Translations under genes and position numbers: made by a program
From: Planctomycetota bacterium
GTDB lineage: Bacteria > Planctomycetota > UBA8742 > UBA2392
Length of the DNA stretch: 64,000 nucleotides
NCBI GenBank assembly: GCA_020425695.1
Contig: JAGQRE010000002.1
Location: forward strand, 5,829-69,828
Reading direction: 5' to 3'
Shown: positions 44,338 through 52,614 of the stretch, piece by piece
How positions within the stretch are numbered: position 1 is the first letter of the stretch
How the letters are laid out: every line of letters starts with the position of its first letter
The notes under the pieces: model-generated
Seen by the model: only the letters and a program-made list of their open reading frames with translations
Told to the model about the DNA's origin: nothing
Database searches by the model: none

Positions 44338-44529
44338 ATGGGCAGGAAAGAGCTACCAGAGTCGAAGAAGCGCCGTCCCTACGCCGGAAAGATGGCCCCC
44401 GATCTCTACAAGAGGTTGAAGGCCCGTGCCAAGGCCGAAGCTAAAGCCCAAGGCCGACCACCCAGCGTCTCTCGCGTGATCGAAAAGGCGGTTGAGCGTT
44501 ACCTAAGAACGCCGCTCAGTTCCGATTGA
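44338..44529 (+). CDS. ribbon-helix-helix-like small DNA-binding protein
   Basis: 63 aa. A basic N-terminus is followed by MAPDLYKRLKARAKAEA...SVSRVIEKAVERYL (RHH-like beta-alpha-alpha). Divergent from ardC across an AT-rich gap. Confidence 0.5.
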   Translation: MGRKELPESKKRRPYAGKMAPDLYKRLKARAKAEAKAQGRPPSVSRVIEKAVERYLRTPLSSD

Positions 44530-44725
44530 AGACGCTCCACTCGGCGATCTAGGTGTGTCGGCTTTCTCTTCTGGTTCGGCGGTTGTGCTCCCAAGAGTGA
44601 GTCGATGTGAACGAACCTCAACGGTGTGGACTCTAGCCGACACCTTTCCACAACTCGCTCAATTCAGACATTGGTGTCGCGTCGGCCTGTAGAATGTTGG
44701 ACGGTTGAATTTGGAGTCCACGGCA

Positions 44726-45550
44726 ATGGCTGAAACATCTTTCGATGAGGCACTTAAGGGGCTCGCGGAGGCGCAATCCTCTTTGCCCAAGTTGTGGTAC
44801 CGCATTAAGAACCACGTCCCGTGTTTCCTGATCTCGGATGGCTTGCTGCGTCATTGGCGAAGCAAGGTGTACCCCCACCTCGATCTCTCAACGGTTGGCT
44901 TTGCACGGATCGACACCTTCCAGCGCCCAGAGGAAGAAGAGCGACTGTTCACGACGGACTGGCACCTGTTTCAGTGGTGGATGGGCGAGATAGAGGCGTG
45001 CGTGGAAGCTGTTGCAGCGCCTTTGGGAAAGACGATCATGCCCGGCATTCCAACGGCACAGAACGGACCCGCTGTAGCGAGTCAACTTCGTAAGGCATGG
45101 GAAGCTGTCGTCGCGTCTATCAACTGGCAGTACAAGCACTGGGACAGCGAAGACGCTCGGCGCAACGAAGCGCCAGAAATCAACTTCACAAACCTGCACT
45201 TCATTGCGGAGGGATGCGAGCGTTGGTTGACCGAAGCCGTAGCGAGGATCGAAACCGCCAAGCAACTTCTTGCGATGTCTCAACGGGACACCAAGGTCGC
45301 GATCAAGTCGGCAAAACTGAAAACGCCCAAGAAGGGAAGAGAAGGCCAAGTGATGTCCATTCTCAAGGACGAACCCGGTCTCAACCAAGCCGAAGTAGCA
45401 AACAGGATGGGCTTGGACCGCTCCGCTCTCTCTCGCGGACGCCTCAAGACAGCCTTTCAGAAGGCCAAGGCACTGTACTCAAGCCCCGACTTGCCCGCTG
45501 GGCACAAGAAACTCGATGGCTCGGTTGAAGCCTACGCTGAGGATGAATGA
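44726..45550 (+). CDS. hypothetical protein with C-terminal HTH
   Basis: ATG at 44726. The C-terminal LNQAEVANRMGLDRSALSRGRL is HTH-like. The rest is unrecognised. Confidence 0.5.
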   Translation: MAETSFDEALKGLAEAQSSLPKLWYRIKNHVPCFLISDGLLRHWRSKVYPHLDLSTVGFARIDTFQRPEEEERLFTTDWHLFQWWMGEIEACVEAVAAPLGKTIMPGIPTAQNGPAVASQLRKAWEAVVASINWQYKHWDSEDARRNEAPEINFTNLHFIAEGCERWLTEAVARIETAKQLLAMSQRDTKVAIKSAKLKTPKKGREGQVMSILKDEPGLNQAEVANRMGLDRSALSRGRLKTAFQKAKALYSSPDLPAGHKKLDGSVEAYAEDE

Positions 45551-45688
45551 GTGTTGCGATGCAACAACCAGCGCCACAAGAGGCCCACCATCTGGGCGGT
45601 CGCAACCGGGTAGGACGAGTTGTTGCAGCAATGACGGGATTACTTGAGTGGCGGCCATGAAGGCGGCCATATTCAGGGGTCCCGAACC

Positions 45689-45898
45689 ATGTCCGCTCCC
45701 AAGTTACGCACGACACAAGTCCGTCGTTGGACGACGGCGCAATCACTGTGCTGGATTGCCAAGACTGGTGCTCACCTGCTGCTTCTTTGGGCCGCATTCT
45801 CGACTGGAGATTACATGCGCTTGATTGCATCGGCTTTGATTCTCGCCACCATCCTAGTTGAGGCTTTGTCGGCGGTTGCCAAGACTCCGGTTGACTAG
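45689..45898 (+). CDS. possible small 2-TM membrane protein
   Basis: The internal ATG gives 69 aa with two hydrophobic helices (LCWIAKTGAHLLLLWAAF, LIASALILATILVEALSAV). Weak support. Confidence 0.3.
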   Translation: MSAPKLRTTQVRRWTTAQSLCWIAKTGAHLLLLWAAFSTGDYMRLIASALILATILVEALSAVAKTPVD

Positions 45899-46096
45899 CG
45901 CGCACGCAACCAGAGATGCGCCTATAGATCGACGCGAAGAGCACTACAACGCAATACGGGCGAATCTGTCCTGTGCAGCCAGTATCAGTATCGCCGCACG
46001 CGACATAGTTTCTGTTTTCTTCGACACGCGCTATAGCTAAGCTCTGCGCCAAGGCCAGATGGCCAAACACTGTCAATTCACCTCAAGGGGGTACCC

Positions 46097-48628
46097 ATGC
46101 GAAAGCGCCTGCTGCTTGCAGTGCTTGTTGGTCTTATGCTGGCTGGCTGCGCTGGTGAGGACGATGGTGGAGGGGGTTCGGGTGGCGGCGGTGGGTCTCC
46201 GACAGGGAACATCTCTGGCACGATTACCCCCTTCAACGAGTACCCAGTTGTCACGGCGGCAGAAGCGACCGACTCTACGACGGCCAGCCCACTTCAAGTC
46301 GCAGGTCCGAAGGCAGGCGAGTTGCTATTCGTCTTGGGAACCCTCTCTAGCTCTGGCGGAGACACATCGGACCGCGTGACATTCACCGAAGGGAACACCG
46401 CGACATACAACGTGAAAATCAGTTGGCTTGACGGAACCAATCAGGATGTGGACCTTACGGTCAGTCGATTCGACGGAACTACCACGAACCTCCTCACACT
46501 AAACGGCACAACCAATCCCGAGTTCGGTAACTTCGCCGTAACGGGAGGTGCGGGCGCGACGATCATCTTCGACATCACTCTCTTCTCCGGCACGAGCACA
46601 CAGTGGCGGATGGACGTAACCGTTCTATCCGGTAGCCCGTCCAGTGTTCGCCCGCCGTTCCCCGACTATCCAAAGACCGAGTACGATCCAATGGAAGTCG
46701 CAGTTGAAGGTCAGGATGCTGTTCCCGACCGCCTGCTAGTTACTTTCGAAAAGAACGTCTCCACCCAAATGCAAGCTGACCTCTTAGCCCTACACGGCCT
46801 CGCCGCAGCACGAACCCTCAGTGGAGGAGCCGTAGTGGCAGAACGCTTGCAGCCGACCTCAACGGACCCACTCCACTCCGCAGTTTCCCACCTCGTAGAG
46901 TTGGCGAATCTGTCGGCCCACCTTTCGATGCACCCATACATTACAGTTGCCGAACCGGACTACATTCGCCGTCACTTCCTGACTCCAAACGACCCGCACT
47001 TCGCCGCGTATCAAGCTTGGCACTACAACGCCATCAATCTTCCTGCGGCGTGGAACATCACCACCGGTTCAACCTCTGTCATCGTCGCCGTTGTTGATAC
47101 AGGCGTCGTATTGAGTCACCCGGACTTGGCAGGCAGATTGATAGGTGGTTACGATTTCATCTCGAATCCACAAGTTGCACTTGACGGAAACGGCATCGAC
47201 AACAACCCGGATGATCCCGGCGACAATCCGGGGCAAGGCTCTTCGTTCCACGGCACTCATGTGGCTGGAACCATAGGCGCGGCGTCGAACAACTCGACTG
47301 GTGGTGCAGGCGTAGATTGGAACTGCAAGCTCATGCCATTGCGCGTACTGGGAGCAGGCGGAGGAGCCGACAGCGACATAGCTGAGGCAGTTAGGTACGC
47401 AGCACGCTTGACGAACGCGAGCGGCACATTGCCACCCAACCGAGCAGACATCATCAACATGTCGCTCGGTAGTCCGGCAAGCACGACAGTCTTGGCCAAT
47501 GCGATTACCGCTGCAAGTACAGCAGGATGCACGCTGATCGCCGCAGCGGGGAACAACGCACAGCAAGGGAATGCGCCCAACTTCCCGGCCTCGTATGCGG
47601 AGGTCATTGCGGTTGGCGCTATCAACCGAAACTATGCCCGCGCGGTGTACAGCAACACCACCAGTGGCACGACTGTTTGTGCACCCGGTGGAGAAACAAC
47701 GTTCCCATTCTCCACGCAGGACGGCGTCCTTAGCACTTGGCGCGACGACACGGCGACACCTGCTGTGAACAAGTACCAATGGCAGCAGGGTACTTCGATG
47801 GCTTCACCGCACGTGGCTGGTGTTGCCGCCCTGATGCTCGCAGTCAACCCCTCTCTCACTCCAGCCAACATCCGAACTATCTTGACCAGTACGGCATTGG
47901 ACCTTGGCACGTCAGGGTACGACGCCGAGTACGGGTTTGGACTCGTGCGTGCAGAAGCAGCGTTGATCGCAGCGGGAGGCACACTCCCAGCCAATCCGCC
48001 AACGGCAGCCGTTACTAACAACATCGTCCTTGTTCCGTCCGGAGCAGCGACTGCCTACACGAGCGTGGTGAACATCGGTGGCGGGACGCTCTCTGTGAGT
48101 AACCCTCAAGCGTTTCACTTTGGCACGGAGAGTTGGCTCGGCGTTTCGCTGCAACAGAACGGGACGCAAGTGCTTGTGGTGCTGAGCATCAATCAGGCCC
48201 AACTAACCACGGGAAACCTCTACTATGCAGTTGCCACGGTAGACACGAACGACTCCAGCGCGCCCGTCGTCCCGATTGCCGTGCTAGTTAACAAGCTGGC
48301 ACCGAAAGCCGTAACGTATCAAGTTCGTGTGCGAGCAGTGGATGTCGCAACGGGGCAAGTTGAAGGCGAAGTCTTCACGGACGCATCTTCGGGGTTTTCC
48401 TACACGCTCTCGGGCCTTGATCCCGCTGACTACTTCGTCGTCGGCTTCGTTGATCGAGACACCAGCGGCTCGCTGACGAACAACGACCTCTACGGAGCCT
48501 ATCCGTCATTTACGATACCTAGCGCAGTGACGGTCACGGGTGGTGCGAACACCACTGGGATCAACTTCCCACTTGAACGACACACCGTTGGGATCACGGC
48601 AGTAGGCTCCGCGCAAGCGGTCCCCTAG
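46097..48628 (+). CDS. secreted/lipoprotein subtilisin-family (S8) serine protease
   Basis: Lipobox LMLAGC. I9-like propeptide. Catalytic triad motifs VAVVDTGV, HGTHVAGTIGA and GTSMASPHVAGVAA. C-terminal beta-sandwich region. Confidence 0.9.
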   Translation: MRKRLLLAVLVGLMLAGCAGEDDGGGGSGGGGGSPTGNISGTITPFNEYPVVTAAEATDSTTASPLQVAGPKAGELLFVLGTLSSSGGDTSDRVTFTEGNTATYNVKISWLDGTNQDVDLTVSRFDGTTTNLLTLNGTTNPEFGNFAVTGGAGATIIFDITLFSGTSTQWRMDVTVLSGSPSSVRPPFPDYPKTEYDPMEVAVEGQDAVPDRLLVTFEKNVSTQMQADLLALHGLAAARTLSGGAVVAERLQPTSTDPLHSAVSHLVELANLSAHLSMHPYITVAEPDYIRRHFLTPNDPHFAAYQAWHYNAINLPAAWNITTGSTSVIVAVVDTGVVLSHPDLAGRLIGGYDFISNPQVALDGNGIDNNPDDPGDNPGQGSSFHGTHVAGTIGAASNNSTGGAGVDWNCKLMPLRVLGAGGGADSDIAEAVRYAARLTNASGTLPPNRADIINMSLGSPASTTVLANAITAASTAGCTLIAAAGNNAQQGNAPNFPASYAEVIAVGAINRNYARAVYSNTTSGTTVCAPGGETTFPFSTQDGVLSTWRDDTATPAVNKYQWQQGTSMASPHVAGVAALMLAVNPSLTPANIRTILTSTALDLGTSGYDAEYGFGLVRAEAALIAAGGTLPANPPTAAVTNNIVLVPSGAATAYTSVVNIGGGTLSVSNPQAFHFGTESWLGVSLQQNGTQVLVVLSINQAQLTTGNLYYAVATVDTNDSSAPVVPIAVLVNKLAPKAVTYQVRVRAVDVATGQVEGEVFTDASSGFSYTLSGLDPADYFVVGFVDRDTSGSLTNNDLYGAYPSFTIPSAVTVTGGANTTGINFPLERHTVGITAVGSAQAVP

Positions 48629-48654
48629 CACTAAGATGGAGTGGAGTCAGGAAG

Positions 48655-49002
48655 ATGACGGTACAAGAGTTGAAGGATCAACTCAGGGCTATTCAGAACA
48701 ACCCGTGGTTGCAGACGCGGGAAGAGGTCAATGTCAACGCTGACACCATTCTCGATCTGTTGGGTACACCGGACGACAAATGGTCATCAGGGCACGAGGA
48801 TGCCGCTCTAGGAGTGATCGAGACATCCGCTGTTGCTGTGAAGAAACTTCTTCAACCGCTTTGCAGCGAAGTACCCAGAGGCGAGTCGGCCAAGCGAAAG
48901 GCTTCAAGAGAGTGCGCTGAGGGGCTGATTCAAAAGAAGTCGAGTGACTGGACTACGCACGACTTCAACAATGCGGCGACGTCACACTCAGACCTCGTGT
49001 GA
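48655..49002 (+). CDS. hypothetical protein
   Basis: 115-aa ORF with SD aggaag, 26 nt after the protease stop. No recognisable motif. Confidence 0.45.
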   Translation: MTVQELKDQLRAIQNNPWLQTREEVNVNADTILDLLGTPDDKWSSGHEDAALGVIETSAVAVKKLLQPLCSEVPRGESAKRKASRECAEGLIQKKSSDWTTHDFNNAATSHSDLV

Positions 49003-49034
49003 TCCAACGCGTCCGCTAACAAGCAGGTAAGGGA

Positions 49035-50057
49035 ATGGCGCTCAGCATCGGTTACACTGGCCATCGCTTTACTGGGGCACTGGCCCATCACAACAAGCAG
49101 CACAACCTCACAACCAACTGGGGACAGCTAGTATGGTCCGCAATCACAGTAGGGCGACCTAGCCTTGCGGAGGTTGTGAGGTTTGGTCCGTTCTCGCTGT
49201 TCGAGATCATCTATCGCTCTTTCATGCTGTTTGCGAATCTACAACAGTCAGGTTCGCGTCTCATCAAGTCGGACGCCTACAAGAGTCTCGACCCATCTGA
49301 AAAGGGAGCGGTTTCGTACTTCGTTGGCCAAACAATGACGAAGCTGCTGTCAGCCGACCTGTTCGACGTTGACTGGCTGCTTCATCTAGACGTTTACGGA
49401 CGCGGATTGCCTCGTCGATTGAGGAGGGGTAAGAAGCGACCAGACCTCATCGGACTCAATCGAGCGCTCGACTGGCTCGTGGTCGAGTCAAAGGGACATT
49501 CGAATCCTGCTACGAAGGCGCTGGCCGAGCGCGCCAAGTTTCAGGCGCTACATCTTCGCACCATTGACGGTAGCTATCCGTTCCTGAGGTTGGGAGCGGC
49601 AACCTATTTCAGCCGCAGCGGATTCTTGCGGACGATCCTAGTAGACCCCTACGACATACCCGAAGATGCGGAAGACCTCGATCTCGAAGTGGAGGAGTTC
49701 TTTCGCGCCTACTACCGCCTGTTGCTCCACAGGCTGACGGAGTCACCCGGAATTGCGGTCTGGCGCAATCCGATTGCTGGCCGGGAATACCGCTTCGCGT
49801 GGCTCCACGCCGCGAACATGGGTTTCGGCTTGGATGCAGAAATCGCGGAGCGAGTGGAGAGTGAAACCAACCTGTCGGACGGCGTGATTCGGCTTCCCGC
49901 ACGGCGCGACGTAGAGCTTAACCAAAACGCCGTACGCAACGCGGACTTCCCGGAAGCCCCGTCGCACATACATGTAGGTGGTGATGGCTCCATCGTCGTC
50001 TTGGGGCAGAGGTGGCGCGAGAGTGCGATGAGGTTACCCCCTGCTGAACGACGATAA
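49035..50057 (+). CDS. hypothetical protein with PD-(D/E)xK (NERD-like) nuclease motif set
   Basis: 340 aa. DPSEKGAVSYFVGQ (helix Glu), KRPDLIGL (PD) and DWLVVESKGHSN (E-x-K) appear in the canonical order and spacing. The C-terminal ~170 aa are unrecognised. Confidence 0.5.
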   Translation: MALSIGYTGHRFTGALAHHNKQHNLTTNWGQLVWSAITVGRPSLAEVVRFGPFSLFEIIYRSFMLFANLQQSGSRLIKSDAYKSLDPSEKGAVSYFVGQTMTKLLSADLFDVDWLLHLDVYGRGLPRRLRRGKKRPDLIGLNRALDWLVVESKGHSNPATKALAERAKFQALHLRTIDGSYPFLRLGAATYFSRSGFLRTILVDPYDIPEDAEDLDLEVEEFFRAYYRLLLHRLTESPGIAVWRNPIAGREYRFAWLHAANMGFGLDAEIAERVESETNLSDGVIRLPARRDVELNQNAVRNADFPEAPSHIHVGGDGSIVVLGQRWRESAMRLPPAERR

Positions 50058-50102
50058 AAATGCAGCGTCCACCTGATATGGTCCCAGAGGCACCCCGTTC
50101 GT

Positions 50103-51128
50103 TCAACTCGCGACAACTTCGCAAACCCCATCTAGAGCACCCTTGGTGAAGCCTTTTGCCTGAGCCTCGTCGACGGACGACCACGCGTTGAAGACGAAGC
50201 CTTGGGGTTCTCGCAACTGCTTCGGCACATCGGCGCTAGTTAGTATCTGGCCCGGCTTCGCGTGGTTGCAGATTCGAGCCGCGAGATTGAGCGGCACTCC
50301 AACAACGTCGTAAAAGTCTTCTCCAGCAGACCCGTGTTCGCGCTGCTTGAGAGACAAAACTTCTCCAGTCGCAATCGCCGCGCCTATCCCCGTAGGTGGC
50401 GCGAAATTGAACCCATCGGCGGCGACCTTCCACTCCTCCATGACCGAGATCAGCGAAGACACCGCCTGCTGAATAGCTTCGACGAGGCCCTCCTCACCTT
50501 CGTCGGGCAACCACAAGAACATGCAGCCGTCACCCAACGGTTTCCGAATCACACGACACGGGTCTTCTGGCGTGGAAGAAATGACCACCCGCCAGAACTC
50601 AAGCATTAGTTCTGGAGTGTTGGCGTTTCGGTCCGGCGTTTGATTCAGCCAAGAAGTGAATCCTCTAATGTCGATGAAGGCCGCTACAACACGGCGGGCT
50701 ACGCAATGCAGCGGCACGTCAATGTCCGGTACCGGCCAATCCGGCTGCAACAGATCGTCAAGGTCAACGGGAAACACGGTCACTCTGACTTCTTTGGAAT
50801 CTAGATCGAACTCAGCCTCAAAATCGCATGTTCCCGAGCCCAGTCCTCCCATGCCGTCTTCGTCGCCCTTGGCGTCTTCGAAGTACAAGCTCACCCGGCC
50901 CGGCACAGTCACAACGAACTCATCGCGCCTCGCATCGGTGAAGTCAGGCTCAATGTCGCTAAAGTCGCCTACGCCTTGCCAGCCCGGCAAGTCCGAAATC
51001 CACCCTGAATCCGCACCGTTCAACCAGTCATAGAACGGCTGGAGATCGCCGTCGTCAAACCAGTCGTGTATCCACTGCGGAATGCCGTCATCCGGGCTCT
51101 TTGCTGGTTCAACCTTCCTAGCGGCCAT
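50103..51128 (-). CDS. class III nucleotidyl (adenylate/guanylate-type) cyclase domain protein with unknown acidic/Trp-rich N-terminal domain
   Basis: The C-terminal half carries VAAFIDIRGFTSW (metal Asp 1), PLGDGCMFLW (metal Asp 2), GIGAAIATGEV and VGVPLNLAARICNHAKPGQILTS (Asn/Arg transition-state pair). The N-terminal ~150 aa (IPQWIHDWFDDGDLQPFYDWLNG...) have no recognisable fold. Confidence 0.8.
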   Translation of the reverse strand: MAARKVEPAKSPDDGIPQWIHDWFDDGDLQPFYDWLNGADSGWISDLPGWQGVGDFSDIEPDFTDARRDEFVVTVPGRVSLYFEDAKGDEDGMGGLGSGTCDFEAEFDLDSKEVRVTVFPVDLDDLLQPDWPVPDIDVPLHCVARRVVAAFIDIRGFTSWLNQTPDRNANTPELMLEFWRVVISSTPEDPCRVIRKPLGDGCMFLWLPDEGEEGLVEAIQQAVSSLISVMEEWKVAADGFNFAPPTGIGAAIATGEVLSLKQREHGSAGEDFYDVVGVPLNLAARICNHAKPGQILTSADVPKQLREPQGFVFNAWSSVDEAQAKGFTKGALDGVCEVVAS

Positions 51129-51504
51129 CTCTTATCCTCTGCATCAGCCTGACAAACCGAACAAAGATCGATTCTGCTGGCCGCATGTTACCGCGAAATC
51201 GCTTTCGTGGCTCCAACCACGAGCATGTTCGTGATCTGTTCAATGACTTCGAGTGGATTGCTGACGCCCCCCGACCAGAAGGCGTCCCATACCCGGTCAA
51301 TCATGCTGCGAAGGTTGCCAGTCACCTTGTTCTGCCTTGTGTGCGAGGACTGTGCTGCCTGCCGGAACAGTCCGCCCTGAGCCGTTTGCGTTGTTGATGG
51401 GGCCGCGCATCATCGGCAAGAATACGCTGTCGGCAATAGTGCCGGGGTGTTCTACGCGGGGCTATGTCGCATCAAGATGTAGGCTAGCGGCCAAGGAGGC
51501 GGTG

Positions 51505-52083
51505 ATGAGTGGCGAACTGTTTCTGTGGGTGTACTCACCTACATATAAGCCGAAGGCCGAAGTTGGCGGGCTGGTCGCGGCGAACATCGATGAAGCAAGG
51601 CGAGCGTTGATCGAGATGCTCCCCGGCAAGACCCAGGAAGTATTCCCGATTGAAGCTGATGATGGCTCGCAATACGGGGAAGCAGTTCAGTCCCCCAACA
51701 AGCGCGTGTTCAGTTGGTTCATATCGGCTACGGATACCGACGTGGAAGATGTCCTTGGTGTGGAGCCGGGCGAGAGCGCAATGCCATATGTCGTGTTTGC
51801 CGAGTCCGGAGACTCGTGGGTTGGTCCGCATGTATGCCGAGCGCCCAACATCGTCGCAGCCCTGAATGCGGCCCTTTCCCACGAGAAGCTAAAACTCGCG
51901 GGCGGCAAGTCCGCCGATCAACTCGACATGGCTGCGACCGAGCACCGCGTGCGAATCGATGACGCGAGTTGGGCAAACGGGGACCGGGCGGGCGAGACCA
52001 ACGCAACCTTGGTGATTCGCTGGCTGGAAATGGACCCGCCGCCTCATCGATTCGATCTCGCAACGTGGCAGCGGCTCAGATAG
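51505..52083 (+). CDS. hypothetical protein
   Basis: ATG at 51505 with strong SD aaggagg. 192 aa, soluble, no recognised motif. Confidence 0.5.
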   Translation: MSGELFLWVYSPTYKPKAEVGGLVAANIDEARRALIEMLPGKTQEVFPIEADDGSQYGEAVQSPNKRVFSWFISATDTDVEDVLGVEPGESAMPYVVFAESGDSWVGPHVCRAPNIVAALNAALSHEKLKLAGGKSADQLDMAATEHRVRIDDASWANGDRAGETNATLVIRWLEMDPPPHRFDLATWQRLR

Positions 52084-52352
52084 CCGCGCGTCCAGTCTTT
52101 GGTCCACTCCCGATACGCCGGGCACTCGTCAAGCGATTCCGCTCCACGCAAAAAAGCAGTGGCGAATCCAGCGTCGCCTCCCACAAGGGGTGCCGCCATT
52201 TGTCCACAAAGAAAAAACAAGGGTTAAACAGGTCCAGTCGTGCATAAGTGCCGTGGCAAATGAACTTAAGGGCACCTCCTTGGAGTTGCCAACTTCTCAG
52301 TGACACCTCTTATCAACCGTTGCCCGATGACTTAATGTGGATAGATTGAGCC

Positions 52353-52440
52353 TGCTGGCGGTGGGACTCGAACCCACAATGAGCCGGGGAAGCTCCGTGG
52401 TTTTAGAAACCACTGCGTCTACCAGTTCCGCCACACCAGC
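52353..52440 (-). tRNA. type-II Leu-like tRNA with anticodon CUA (predicted amber-suppressor tRNA); no encoded CCA
   Basis: Hand-folded from the reverse complement. Acceptor GCTGGTG/CGCCAGC. The D region TGGCGGAACTGGTAGACGC is the tRNA-Leu signature. Anticodon arm GTGGT-TTCTAAA-ACCAC gives C34 U35 A36. The variable region is 19 nt with a 4-5 bp stem. T arm GTGGG-TTCGAGT-CCCAC. Discriminator A73. Confidence 0.8.
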
Positions 52441-52614
52441 AGGGTTGTCAGCGGGCACCAGCGCAATCTGGTGCCCGCAGAACTTAACAGACTAGCATCA
52501 CGCCCTAAGCAAATGCGGCGTGTTGGGGGATTGTGGATTGCGTGCTTTCGCGTTCGCTTTGTAGAAGCCGCGATAAGTGAGCGCGCTTCCCACTTAAGGA
52601 AGCGGAGCGGTGGA

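Larger units (their letters stand above)
33741..52352. mobile_element. putative integrated genomic island / integrative mobilisable element at tRNA-Arg (right boundary uncertain)
   Basis: The serine recombinase abuts and overlaps the tRNA 3' end. ArdC, a Rep-like two-wHTH protein, iteron-like repeats and many orphan ORFs are present. The region is bracketed by the 3' ends of two tRNA genes. No terminal direct repeat was found by eye. Confidence 0.5.

Noticed and set aside
50103-51128. Calling the cyclase a Pycsar PycC.
   Set aside because: Pycsar operons have a co-directional downstream effector with a cNMP-binding domain plus TM or TIR. Here the downstream gene is convergent and shows a nuclease motif, and I could not see a cNMP-binding signature. 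It is kept as an open candidate and not as a Pycsar call.
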